Assembly (NCBI GenBank): GCA_041666045.1
Contig: JBAYHR010000004.1
Span: 4,996-68,995 of the forward strand
Source of the DNA: Minisyncoccota bacterium
GTDB lineage: Bacteria; Patescibacteriota; Minisyncoccia; Phycocordibacterales; UBA9973
Length of the DNA stretch: 64,000 bases
Direction of reading: 5' to 3'
Part shown: piece after piece, positions 47,401 through 54,416 of the stretch
Position numbering within the stretch: the stretch's first letter is position 1
Layout: each line of letters starts with the position of its first letter
Position numbers and translations under genes: made by a program
Notes under the pieces: model-generated
Database searches by the model: none
Told to the model about the DNA's origin: nothing
Seen by the model: only the letters and a program-made list of their open reading frames with translations

Positions 47401-48009
47401 GTAAACTAAATCTTCTTTTTTATATGTTCTAAAGATTTCATAGAGTGGGGGTAAATTTAAACGAACTTCAAAATCAACTGGTGTAATTGAGTATCTGTCT
47501 GTATTATTTTTATCCTTTTCTTTATCAACCCTCACTGGTAGTGAAAATAAATAAAATTGTTTTAACACTAATTTTGCTTCAGCATTTTCAATAAGCTTTA
47601 GTTGTATATTTTCTTCAACTTCTTCCTCGTTTTCTATTATTGGTTCTTCTAAAACTTCAAAGTCAAACTTACCGAAGCGAAGAATTGTTTCTTTCGTGAA
47701 GGAGTCATTTTTTGCCTTATTGTATATTTCGTCTATCTGCAATGCGAGAGCTTTTTCTGCTTTATACTGCTCTGCAATTTCTTCAGTAATATCCTTTGGG
47801 TCGGTATTATAATAACAATCCAAGTTAACAATTTCACTCAAATTGCCGTCAGTATCTCCATTGATAAGATTTGTTAAAGAAAAGTATTTTTGCGGTAATT
47901 TAATGTCTAGTGATGTCCCCCTATTAAAACCTGTCGGCCTAGTTAAACTTAAATATCCCAAACAGTATTTAATATAAGAATTTAAGGAAAATTCCATAAG
48001 TAAACTCAA
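44476..48009 (-). CDS. Large SF1 helicase (AAA_11/AAA_12, Upf1/DNA2-like) fused to a C-terminal DUF559/Vsr-like endonuclease domain
   Basis: Walker A IIQGPPGTGKSETI, Walker B VVFDEASQ, C-terminal ...FKIDFVITNLKNGNQLAIECDGPTHF restriction-endonuclease-like domain; 1177 aa. Confidence 0.7.
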   Translation of the reverse strand: MSLLMEFSLNSYIKYCLGYLSLTRPTGFNRGTSLDIKLPQKYFSLTNLINGDTDGNLSEIVNLDCYYNTDPKDITEEIAEQYKAEKALALQIDEIYNKAKNDSFTKETILRFGKFDFEVLEEPIIENEEEVEENIQLKLIENAEAKLVLKQFYLFSLPVRVDKEKDKNNTDRYSITPVDFEVRLNLPPLYEIFRTYKKEDLVYEFLNDYVKMESEEAFSIPITSEKAFLDLWHILKAKLKLTEATFNEKSFTLEELRLTLAPRANFFLVEDLTKLSREKEELLENTSLSGWFSEEGLNINSDVCEEKALYFPFPYDKFQRATTSLLGNKASIIQGPPGTGKSETISNIISHLAVNKNKVLFVSQKPQALRVVKDKLKTLEVPLLFGYIPSVKFQQLNDEESDTISSQLASLDTYGAQKNNIKDNSNLGEFTQTTDESLSKRDRSIALERNVYELEEKKCEYDFLQELPELNEEKILTNLTEELHSSYIKTQKRISENNTLIESLEAISRKYNLDRGLFSDFAFSDLVKTVLLDVKKTGFDRSFNLGRYINNLSRKIRLKSHLTKLPKEIYEEINSILGKDISRHIATQELEQLLRFCSYWEATIENEKLEISLKEIEDNLDLSRENLSELFKFLKEKSITATELVVKLSDRITLNHDQKNLVDEITKLKKEVTSKNYITRKEIISQYLSAIIEDNIKRNVSQVKIYRKLQELQKAFKKSKKAFKTFDKLKSDPNNFETILNVVPVWIMDLDDASRLIPLVANLFDYVVFDEASQCNIAYTIPSMYRAKKSIFVGDPEQMRDSTVMFKSNNAFDQLASRFKVPESLQIKPTGTAVQSVLDIAKTRFGIPKILQYHYRSPMELIGFSNKYFYEPKGKRLIALNNKYLTYQDTNRIMVLHNIQNNGVGEISDNTNRAEAIKAFELYQEMVDDPKYEGKTFAVLTFFNDQAELIRKVFEDNRIKESEKLKIAVIEGIQGDEKDIIIYSFVIRDPSQKRQYIPLTGETGDIKADINAGRVNVAFSRARLQVHCILSLPIEKIPNGIWIKKYLEYVRDNGEVSASKLALKKFDSFFEEEFYYLLKKKLGRGYTIQNQVESCGFKIDFVITNLKNGNQLAIECDGPTHFKDNIDEAYGIYVESDIQRQQVLESAGWNFFRIGYSEWIEDDEGKEKIVGNIKLEI

Positions 48010-48054
48010 TTATAGCAAAATAAATGAATAAATAATAGTGTTGTGTAATTACAA

Positions 48055-48387
48055 TTATGCAACATTAAACTTCTCAAAAACCTGAAATACGTCCACTGTT
48101 TTCTTCCTAATATCAATCTCGTCGTCATATACGATAAGCATTTCAAGCGAAGAATGTCGGCTAAACTTTCTTACGTCTCTGACATCAAGTTTTTTGAGCA
48201 AGGCAGTAATGAAGAAGTGGCGAAATCCGTGAACTCCTTTTTCAATCCCAACTTCTTTACACAAAGAACCTAGCTGGCGTTTTATTGTCATTGTGGTTAT
48301 CCTTTCACTTTTTCTATTTCCCATACTTTTAAACAAAGCTCCACTTCCGACTTTATTAGTTTTTATGTATTCTCTCAAAACATTCAC
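48055..48387 (-). pseudogene. Truncated tyrosine recombinase/integrase (C-terminal catalytic fragment only)
   Basis: HGFRHFFITALL (box II HxxR) and SRHSSLEMLIVY (catalytic Tyr region); the usual N-terminal ~250 aa are absent. Confidence 0.6.
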
Positions 48388-48409
48388 AGTTTGCGGTGCT
48401 AAATAAATA

Positions 48410-48438
48410 TGCTAAGCAAGGACGGTCCTTGCTATCCA
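48410..48438. repeat. 29-bp direct repeat (candidate att, copy 2)
   Basis: Exact match to 43398-43426. Confidence 0.7.
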
Positions 48439-48512
48439 GAGATTGAACCGGAGACCTCGTTTCCGCCAGAGGCGGACAAGCTTACCAAGAAATGCGGCAT
48501 TTATCCCGTAAG
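48439..48512 (-). other. Partial duplicate of the tRNA-Thr(GGT) 3' half (anticodon loop to T-arm) with a 19-nt insertion after the anticodon loop
   Basis: TTCTTGGTAAG[CTTGTCCGCCTCTGGCGGA]AACGAGGTC matches the tRNA segment TTCTTGGTAAGAACGAGGTC; there is not enough 5' sequence for a complete tRNA. Confidence 0.5.
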
Positions 48513-48585
48513 AGCCGACAATCAGATTTGCACTGATGACCTCGTTCTTACCAAGAACGTGCTCTACTACCTGAGCTATGTCGGC
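48513..48585 (-). tRNA. tRNA-Thr (anticodon GGT) with atypical T-loop (TGCAAAT)
   Basis: Manual fold: acceptor GCCGACA/TGTCGGC, D-arm GCTC-AGGTAGT-AGAGC, anticodon stem CGTTC/GAACG with loop TTGGTAA, T-stem ATCAG/CTGAT; positions 55 and 57 are non-canonical. Confidence 0.7.
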
Positions 48586-48659
48586 TCTTATGGGACCAAC
48601 TATTCTTACAAAATCATATTAGTTTATTTCTGATAATTTTGCAAAAATATTAAAAAATA

Positions 48660-48733
48660 CAGTTAGAAAATTTTCGAGCTGGTCTGGCCCCAAACCGAGG
48701 ACCCGAGAAAATTTTGCTAACTGTATTTTTTTT
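48660..48733. terminator. Long inverted repeat (~18-bp stem, GC-rich 25-nt loop) with T-runs on both sides; bidirectional terminator or small structured RNA
   Basis: cagttagaaaattttcgag ... ccgagaaaattttgctaactg. Confidence 0.45.
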
Positions 48734-48740
48734 GTTTAAA

Positions 48741-49019
48741 TTACATACTTTTTTGTTTAAAACATTTATTCCAAAAATATGCCATAAACCAGCCAAAAAT
48801 ATAACCTACAACAAAAGTCATAATAATTAGTTCTAATGCTTTCATTAAATTAAAAGGCATTATAACTATTGGCATAGTAATCATATGAAGGTTAAGAACA
48901 AAATTCATAAACATTTGCGCAATACCTAAAGCTACTAAAACACTCCATAATAAATGCATAAAAGCTATTAAAAAACCAAATGTTAAAGCTGTCTTACTTT
49001 TACTTATACTCATATCCAT
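48741..49019 (-). CDS. Hypothetical small membrane protein
   Basis: 92 aa with three TM helices. Confidence 0.35.
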   Translation of the reverse strand: MDMSISKSKTALTFGFLIAFMHLLWSVLVALGIAQMFMNFVLNLHMITMPIVIMPFNLMKALELIIMTFVVGYIFGWFMAYFWNKCFKQKSM

Positions 49020-49160
49020 AAAAATATTTTTAAAATTTCAATAATAATGATAATGATATAAGGACAAGACCTTCCTTATATATCTATATTTAGATTATAC
49101 ACTCTTAAAAACTTCTGTCGTTAAATATGGGGATAAATCATAAACACCAACATTACAAAA

Positions 49161-49757
49161 CTATAAATTATAAATTTTTTTGAATTTATTATTTATGATT
49201 TGCCAATTTAAATTCTGAAAAAACGCTTCAATATATGATTTTTTATCAGAGTTGAAATCAATAAAATACGCATGCTCATACATATCCAAAACCAAAATTG
49301 GTGCAACGCCCCAAACAGCATACAAGTTGTGAGCATCCAGTAAAAAGTTTTTTAATTTTCCATCATTAAAATCATAACCCAAAACTACCCAACCCCGACT
49401 ACATAAACCTAAAGCCTTAAATTCTTCCAGCCATTTTTCAAAAGAATCAAAATTTTTTTCAATGGCTTTAATAATCTCACCCGTTATTTCTCCTTTTCCG
49501 CCAAGAATATCAAAATAGGCTTCATGCAAAATGATAGCATTAGCTATAAAACTTTCTTCTACTTTTAATTCTCTTAAATCAGAAAAAGATGCATTCGCCA
49601 AAGACTTATCAGCTTTCTTTAATTTTTCTTGTATTTCCTGCCACTTTTTAACATAACCATCGTAAAGTTTATCATGATGAATAGTGATAGTCTTTTCAGA
49701 AATTCCAACTAATAGATTTTGAAAAGACAACTTTTTTGTTTCTGTATAATTTTTCAT
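49161..49757 (-). CDS. sodA: Fe/Mn superoxide dismutase
   Basis: C-terminal LDMYEHAYFIDF motif (DVWEHAYY-like); 198 aa. Confidence 0.8.
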   Translation of the reverse strand: MKNYTETKKLSFQNLLVGISEKTITIHHDKLYDGYVKKWQEIQEKLKKADKSLANASFSDLRELKVEESFIANAIILHEAYFDILGGKGEITGEIIKAIEKNFDSFEKWLEEFKALGLCSRGWVVLGYDFNDGKLKNFLLDAHNLYAVWGVAPILVLDMYEHAYFIDFNSDKKSYIEAFFQNLNWQIINNKFKKIYNL

Positions 49758-49797
49758 ATATTAATTATAACATATTGTAAAATATGCCTAATCTTGC

Positions 49798-49871
49798 GCG
49801 ACCGACCGGATTTGAACCGGCAACCTCCCGCGTGACAGGCGGGTGCTCTAACCAGTTGAGCTACGATCGCA
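49798..49871 (-). tRNA. tRNA-Asp (anticodon GTC)
   Basis: Manual fold: acceptor GCGATCG/CGGTCGC, anticodon stem CCCGC/GCGGG with loop CTGTCAC, T-arm GCCGG-TTCAAAT-CCGGT. Confidence 0.8.
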
Positions 49872-50063
49872 TTATTAATACATAAACAGATATTTTATTT
49901 TACCACACAATCGTTCCGCCTAGGCGGGTGCTCGCTATAGTCTGGTCTGAGTTGAGCTACGATCGCATTATTAATACATAAACAGATATTTTATTTTACC
50001 ACACAATCGTTCCGCCTAGGCGGGTGCTCGCTATAGTCTGGTCTGAGTTGAGCTACGATCGCA
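49872..50063 (-). repeat. Tandem duplication, 2 x 96 bp, each unit carrying a tRNA-Asp 5'-fragment (acceptor plus D-arm) fused to unrelated sequence
   Basis: Units 49872-49967 and 49968-50063 are identical; each ends with GCGATCGTAGCTCAAC (the tRNA-Asp 5' end) but lacks a foldable 3' half. Confidence 0.8.
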
Positions 50064-50110
50064 GATATTTATTAAATTAACATAAAACAGAAAAAATATC
50101 TATTTTACTG

Positions 50111-50184
50111 TGTCGACGGGTGGAGTTGAACCACCGACCTTGGCTTTATGAGTGCCATGCTCTAACCACCTGAGCTACGTCGAC
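50111..50184 (-). tRNA. tRNA-Met or tRNA-Ile2 (anticodon CAT), elongator type
   Basis: G1-C72 paired; anticodon loop CTCATAA; T-arm GGTGG-TTCAACT-CCACC. Confidence 0.7.
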
Positions 50185-50279
50185 ATAGTTGTCAGAATAT
50201 CATATTTTAATATTTTTTCAAATTCCTTTGCAAAAAATCTTATTTTGTAATACAATGCAAAATACGTTGTGTTTTATAT

Positions 50280-50350
50280 AGCGGGGTAGAGAAGAGGCAT
50301 CTCGTAAGGCTCATAACCTTAAGACCCACGTTCGATTCGTGGCCCCGCAA
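50280..50350 (+). tRNA. tRNA-Met (anticodon CAT) with 1:72 mismatch (A:A) and A73, possible initiator
   Basis: U8, A14, G18G19; anticodon stem TAAGG/CCTTA with loop CTCATAA; T-arm CCACG-TTCGATT-CGTGG. Confidence 0.65.
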
Positions 50351-50360
50351 CAATAATAAA

Positions 50361-50993
50361 TTAAATAAATCCAAATTCACGGAAAACTTGCTCATATAAA
50401 GCAACTACCCTTTTTGCTTCCCTACTTGTAAGTTCAAATTGTAAACCTTCATGCGCTATTCTGTTTCTTACAATATGGGCTTCCCAAGCATCATCAACAC
50501 TGCGAAACCTATCTCTATCAATCATTTTTAATTTTTCTCCCAGATTCTCTCCCTTATATCCAAGTTGATCCAGCAACGCTTCAAGCATAGAATCTGCTTC
50601 TATTATTGCAACTTTCCAATCAGCTGAATTTTCTGAAAAAAGATGATCTAATACTCCTTCCCATCTTTTATTTTTTTGTCCTTCTCCTTTATTCATCAAT
50701 GCCTTTTCTTTTTCAGCTTGCTTTTGTGCGTATAATGCAATTTGTTGATGTAAAAATTCTTTTTCTTTTTTTCTTATTTCAAATATGCGAATAGCGCAAT
50801 AAATAATTATAATAAGAAAAAATAATGCAAGAAAAAAAAGTATAAATTTTAAAATACCTACAAATTCAGCATTAAAAAGATTACGAAAAAAATTAAGAAT
50901 TTGATTGAATAAATATTCCAAATTCAAAAAAGTTGGATCAAAAAGTTTATTTTGAGTAGCTGTATTTAAATTTAATGATTGTGATAAATCCAT
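50361..50993 (-). CDS. Membrane-anchored HEPN-like (DUF4145-type) protein
   Basis: N-terminal TM; C-terminal helical domain with RNRIAHE (Rx4H HEPN motif). Confidence 0.45.
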   Translation of the reverse strand: MDLSQSLNLNTATQNKLFDPTFLNLEYLFNQILNFFRNLFNAEFVGILKFILFFLALFFLIIIIYCAIRIFEIRKKEKEFLHQQIALYAQKQAEKEKALMNKGEGQKNKRWEGVLDHLFSENSADWKVAIIEADSMLEALLDQLGYKGENLGEKLKMIDRDRFRSVDDAWEAHIVRNRIAHEGLQFELTSREAKRVVALYEQVFREFGFI

Positions 50994-51111
50994 CCCGTTA
51001 GAAATAGGAAATCTTTAGATTTCCGTAGTTAATTTATTAATAATAATTTCTATGCACTTCATAATTTATATATCCCACGAAACACAACTTAACTTTTTGA
51101 TTTCTAACGGG
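50994..51111. mobile_element. MITE-like element, copy 1 (118 bp; TIR CCCGTTAGAAAT; TSD ATCCAT)
   Basis: Terminal inverted repeats, internal palindrome GGAAATCTTTAGATTTCC, flanked by a 6-bp direct repeat; sits between the gatA stop and the downstream gene start. Confidence 0.75.
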
Positions 51112-51118
51112 ATCCATA

Positions 51119-52516
51119 TTATATATTTTCTCTTAAATCCTTTTCAATAGCAAATAATGACTCATCAGAAAATGCTGGACCAGTAAATTGTATCCCAAAT
51201 GGCAAACCATTTTCTGAAAAACCAGAAGGTATTGAAATTGAAGGAATCCCAGCAATATTTGCTGGTACAGTAAAAATATCAGATAAATACATTTGCAAAG
51301 GATCTTTCTTTTCTCCAAATTTAAAAGCTGATGTAGGAGTGGTAGGTGTAACAACAAAATCAACTTCTTTAAAAATATTTTTAAATTCTTCTTCTATGGC
51401 ATAACGAACTTTCCAAGCTTTATTATAATAAGCATCATAATATCCATGAGATAAAACGTAAGTTCCCAAGATTATTCTTCTTCTAGTTTCCGCTCCAAAG
51501 CCAACTGACCTGCTTTTTTTATATGTTTCAAATAAAGTATCTCCATCTTTTCGCAATCCATATCGCACTCCATCTAATCTGGATAAATTGGTAGAAACTT
51601 CTGCAGGCATAATAATATAATATACTGCCAAAGAATATTTTGAATATGGCAAATCTATATCAATTATTTCATAACCTTTATCTTTTAATTTTTGAATTGA
51701 TTCTTCAAAATTTTGTAAAACTTCTTTATCTACTCCTTCTTTTAACCAATCACGCGGAATGCCAATTTTTTTGCCTCTTGATTTAGAAATCAAACCAATA
51801 CTAGTAGAATCCATTTCATCTTTTCCAGAGATAACATTAAAAATTATTTGCGAATCTTCTGAATTCTTTGCAAATGGACCTATTTGATCTAAAGAAGAAG
51901 CCATAGCCATAACTCCAGAACGCGAAACAATGCCATAAGTAGGTTTCATTCCAACTATTCCGCAAAAACTTGCTGGTTGACGTATAGAACCTCCTGTATC
52001 AGATCCTAAAGCGCCAAGAGCCATACCAGATGCCACAGCAACAGCAGAACCGCCAGAAGACCCGCCGGGTACGCGTGAAATATCAAATGGATTTTTAACA
52101 GAACCAAAAGCAGAATTTTCAGTTGAACTTCCCATTGCAAATTCATCCATATTCGTCCTACCTATTAAAACTGCGCCAGATTCTTTTAATTTTTTAATTA
52201 CAAAAGCGTCATAGCTCGCAGTATAATTTTCTAACATTTTAGAACCTGCGCTTACTTTTTTTCCAGTTATTAAAATATTATCTTTGATTGCAATTGGTAT
52301 ACCTGTTAAATTGGTTCCCTTGCCAGATTTTATAATTTCATCCGCTTTTTTTGCTTGATCTAAAGCATCAGAAAAAACTTCAAGAAATGCATTTAATTCT
52401 TTATTTTTTTCTTCTATATTTTTTAAACAAGCTGAGACTAATTCTACAGAAGTTAATTCTCCAGAATTCATCATTTCCCCTGCTTTTTTAATAGTTAAAT
52501 TTTTTACATCAAGCAT
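51119..52516 (-). CDS. gatA: Glutamyl/aspartyl-tRNA amidotransferase subunit A
   Basis: Amidase signature GGSSGGSAVAVASG; 465 aa. Confidence 0.95.
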   Translation of the reverse strand: MLDVKNLTIKKAGEMMNSGELTSVELVSACLKNIEEKNKELNAFLEVFSDALDQAKKADEIIKSGKGTNLTGIPIAIKDNILITGKKVSAGSKMLENYTASYDAFVIKKLKESGAVLIGRTNMDEFAMGSSTENSAFGSVKNPFDISRVPGGSSGGSAVAVASGMALGALGSDTGGSIRQPASFCGIVGMKPTYGIVSRSGVMAMASSLDQIGPFAKNSEDSQIIFNVISGKDEMDSTSIGLISKSRGKKIGIPRDWLKEGVDKEVLQNFEESIQKLKDKGYEIIDIDLPYSKYSLAVYYIIMPAEVSTNLSRLDGVRYGLRKDGDTLFETYKKSRSVGFGAETRRRIILGTYVLSHGYYDAYYNKAWKVRYAIEEEFKNIFKEVDFVVTPTTPTSAFKFGEKKDPLQMYLSDIFTVPANIAGIPSISIPSGFSENGLPFGIQFTGPAFSDESLFAIEKDLRENI

Positions 52517-52526
52517 ATAAATAAAA

Positions 52527-52799
52527 TTACATAATCTTTTTTACTTTAATAAAACCATCCTGCGAATCTGGAAATTGATTAATTATTAATTCACTAGAAA
52601 AAACCGAAGAAATCGGCACATCTTCTCGCCAAACATTTTTATTTTCATATTCTATATTTACATCTTTTACCTCAATAGATTCTATTTGCTTCACATAACC
52701 TAAAATACCATCTAAATCTTTTAATAAAGTTTCCTTTTCTGTATCTGAAATCTCTATTTTAGCAAGCTCTGCAAGCTTTTCTACATCTTTAATTTCCAT
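52527..52799 (-). CDS. gatC: Glutamyl/aspartyl-tRNA amidotransferase subunit C
   Basis: 90 aa; position directly upstream of gatA. Confidence 0.75.
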   Translation of the reverse strand: MEIKDVEKLAELAKIEISDTEKETLLKDLDGILGYVKQIESIEVKDVNIEYENKNVWREDVPISSVFSSELIINQFPDSQDGFIKVKKIM

Positions 52800-52916
52800 C
52801 CCGTTTAGAAACAGGTCGCGGTCTATTTCAAAAAATAAACTACTCCTGTCTTACTTATTTAAATAATAATACAACACAATACCCCCTTAAAAACTGCGAC
52901 CGCGGTTTCTAACGGG
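52800..52916. mobile_element. MITE-like element, copy 2 (117 bp; same TIR; TSD TCCAT)
   Basis: CCCGTTTAGAAAC...GTTTCTAACGGG with extended GC-rich inverted arms AGGTCGCGGT/ACCGCGACC; lies between the htpX stop and the gatC start. Confidence 0.75.
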
Positions 52917-52943
52917 ATCCATTATTAGATTATAGCAAAAATT

Positions 52944-53822
52944 CTATCTTCCTAAAAGAGCCTTTACTCTAGCTTCCATTGGTGGATGAGTTGAAAATAA
53001 ATTAGATATTTTTTTAACTCCAAAAGGATTAGAAATAAACAAATGCGCTGTCGCTGTATTTGCACTTGCCATAGGTCGAGAATAATTTGAAATTTTTGTA
53101 AGAGCATTCGCTAAACCTTCTGGATAACGAGTAAGTAGTGCGCCTGATGCATCTGCTAAAAATTCTCTTTTGCGAGAAATTGCCAATTGAATAAGTACAG
53201 CAAAAATCGGCGCAAGAATAGACAAAACTATACCTACAACTAACATTAATCCGCCACCTCTATCATTATCTCTATTTCCACCACCAAAAAACATTGAACG
53301 CAAAAACATATCTGCAACAATAGAAATAAAACCAACTAAAACCACCACAACTGTCGAAAGTAAAATATCTCTATTTCCTATGTGAGAAAGTTCGTGGGAA
53401 ATAACTCCTTCTAATTCATTTTTGTTTAATATCTGCAAAAGCCCCGTGGTCACAGCCACAACTGCATGCTCTTTATTTCTTCCAGTTGCAAAAGCATTTG
53501 GAGAAACATCATTTATGATACAAAGTTTTGGCATAGGCAAACCTGCTGTGATAGAAAGATTTTCAACAATATTCCATAATTCTGGATTTTCTTCTTTTTT
53601 TATTTGTCGTGCCTTATTAAGTTTTAATGCAATTTTATCAGAATACCAATAACTCATCACATTCATCCCAATACTAAAAATTACAAAGAAATATAAAATA
53701 TTTGGATTTCTATAATATTGAGAAAAGAAAAATCCAATACTAATAACTATCACAAAAAACGCGCTCATCAAAAGCCAAGTCTTTGTAACATTTCTTGATT
53801 GATGTGTATATAACGTCGCCAT
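52944..53822 (-). CDS. htpX: Zinc metalloprotease HtpX (M48)
   Basis: HELSHI zinc motif; four TM helices. Confidence 0.85.
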   Translation of the reverse strand: MATLYTHQSRNVTKTWLLMSAFFVIVISIGFFFSQYYRNPNILYFFVIFSIGMNVMSYWYSDKIALKLNKARQIKKEENPELWNIVENLSITAGLPMPKLCIINDVSPNAFATGRNKEHAVVAVTTGLLQILNKNELEGVISHELSHIGNRDILLSTVVVVLVGFISIVADMFLRSMFFGGGNRDNDRGGGLMLVVGIVLSILAPIFAVLIQLAISRKREFLADASGALLTRYPEGLANALTKISNYSRPMASANTATAHLFISNPFGVKKISNLFSTHPPMEARVKALLGR

Positions 53823-53826
53823 TTAT

Positions 53827-54393
53827 TTATTGTATAACAACAGGAATCAAGATAGATTTATCATTTTCAGGAAGACCTGAAGCATTATCGTTATGTAATT
53901 CAATATAACCAGGACCAGCAACTAAACCAGTGAAATCTAAAGTTGTATTAAATGTCACAGGATCTATCGTCATCCAAGCGCTTGTAGCTGTACCATAAGT
54001 AGTTCTTAACACACTTTTACTAGAATCAAGAATTCTCACAATAATATTTCCTTCAAAAAAGTATCCTCCTCTTACTGAACCATTAGCTTGCACTACTCCA
54101 GTAACGATTGAACCTACTGGTATTGAAAAAGAAACTAAATCACTTTTATTTCCCAAAACACTTACATTTGCAATAGGTTTAGTAGAAGTACTTGGTTTAT
54201 TAGGAGTATTAGTATTTACAGTGTCTTGATTAATATTTACACTATCATCTGTAATAATTACATTATCTTCTGCTGTAGGAATTGAAACATCATTTACTAC
54301 TGGTTCTGTAGTTTTTTTATTTAAAAAATAAACAGTTCCTCCTAATGCCACCACTACCACTATCACTAACAATAATTTTCCAAAATTTGTCAT
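53827..54393 (-). CDS. Hypothetical membrane-anchored extracellular protein
   Basis: N-terminal TM; Thr/Asn-rich linker. Confidence 0.35.
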   Translation of the reverse strand: MTNFGKLLLVIVVVVALGGTVYFLNKKTTEPVVNDVSIPTAEDNVIITDDSVNINQDTVNTNTPNKPSTSTKPIANVSVLGNKSDLVSFSIPVGSIVTGVVQANGSVRGGYFFEGNIIVRILDSSKSVLRTTYGTATSAWMTIDPVTFNTTLDFTGLVAGPGYIELHNDNASGLPENDKSILIPVVIQ

Positions 54394-54416
54394 AATATTT
54401 TTTAAGTTATTAATAA

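Noticed and set aside
48439-48512. Second complete tRNA (with intron) downstream of tRNA-Thr(GGT)
   Set aside because: Only 17 nt are available 5' of the putative anticodon stem, which is too short for an acceptor and D-arm. It is interpreted as a partial 3'-half duplicate.
48409-48633. Plus-strand 74-aa ORF (MLSKDGPCYP...) and the similar 43345-43533 ORF
   Set aside because: Both span the 29-bp att-like repeat, and the first also spans the tRNA-Thr and tRNA fragment on the other strand. The shared LSKDGPCYP peptide is just the translated repeat, so both are spurious.
49872-50063. The two 96-bp units as additional tRNA genes
   Set aside because: Only the first ~16 nt match tRNA-Asp. No anticodon arm, T-arm or 3' acceptor strand can be formed. 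They are called tRNA-derived fragments or a tandem duplication.
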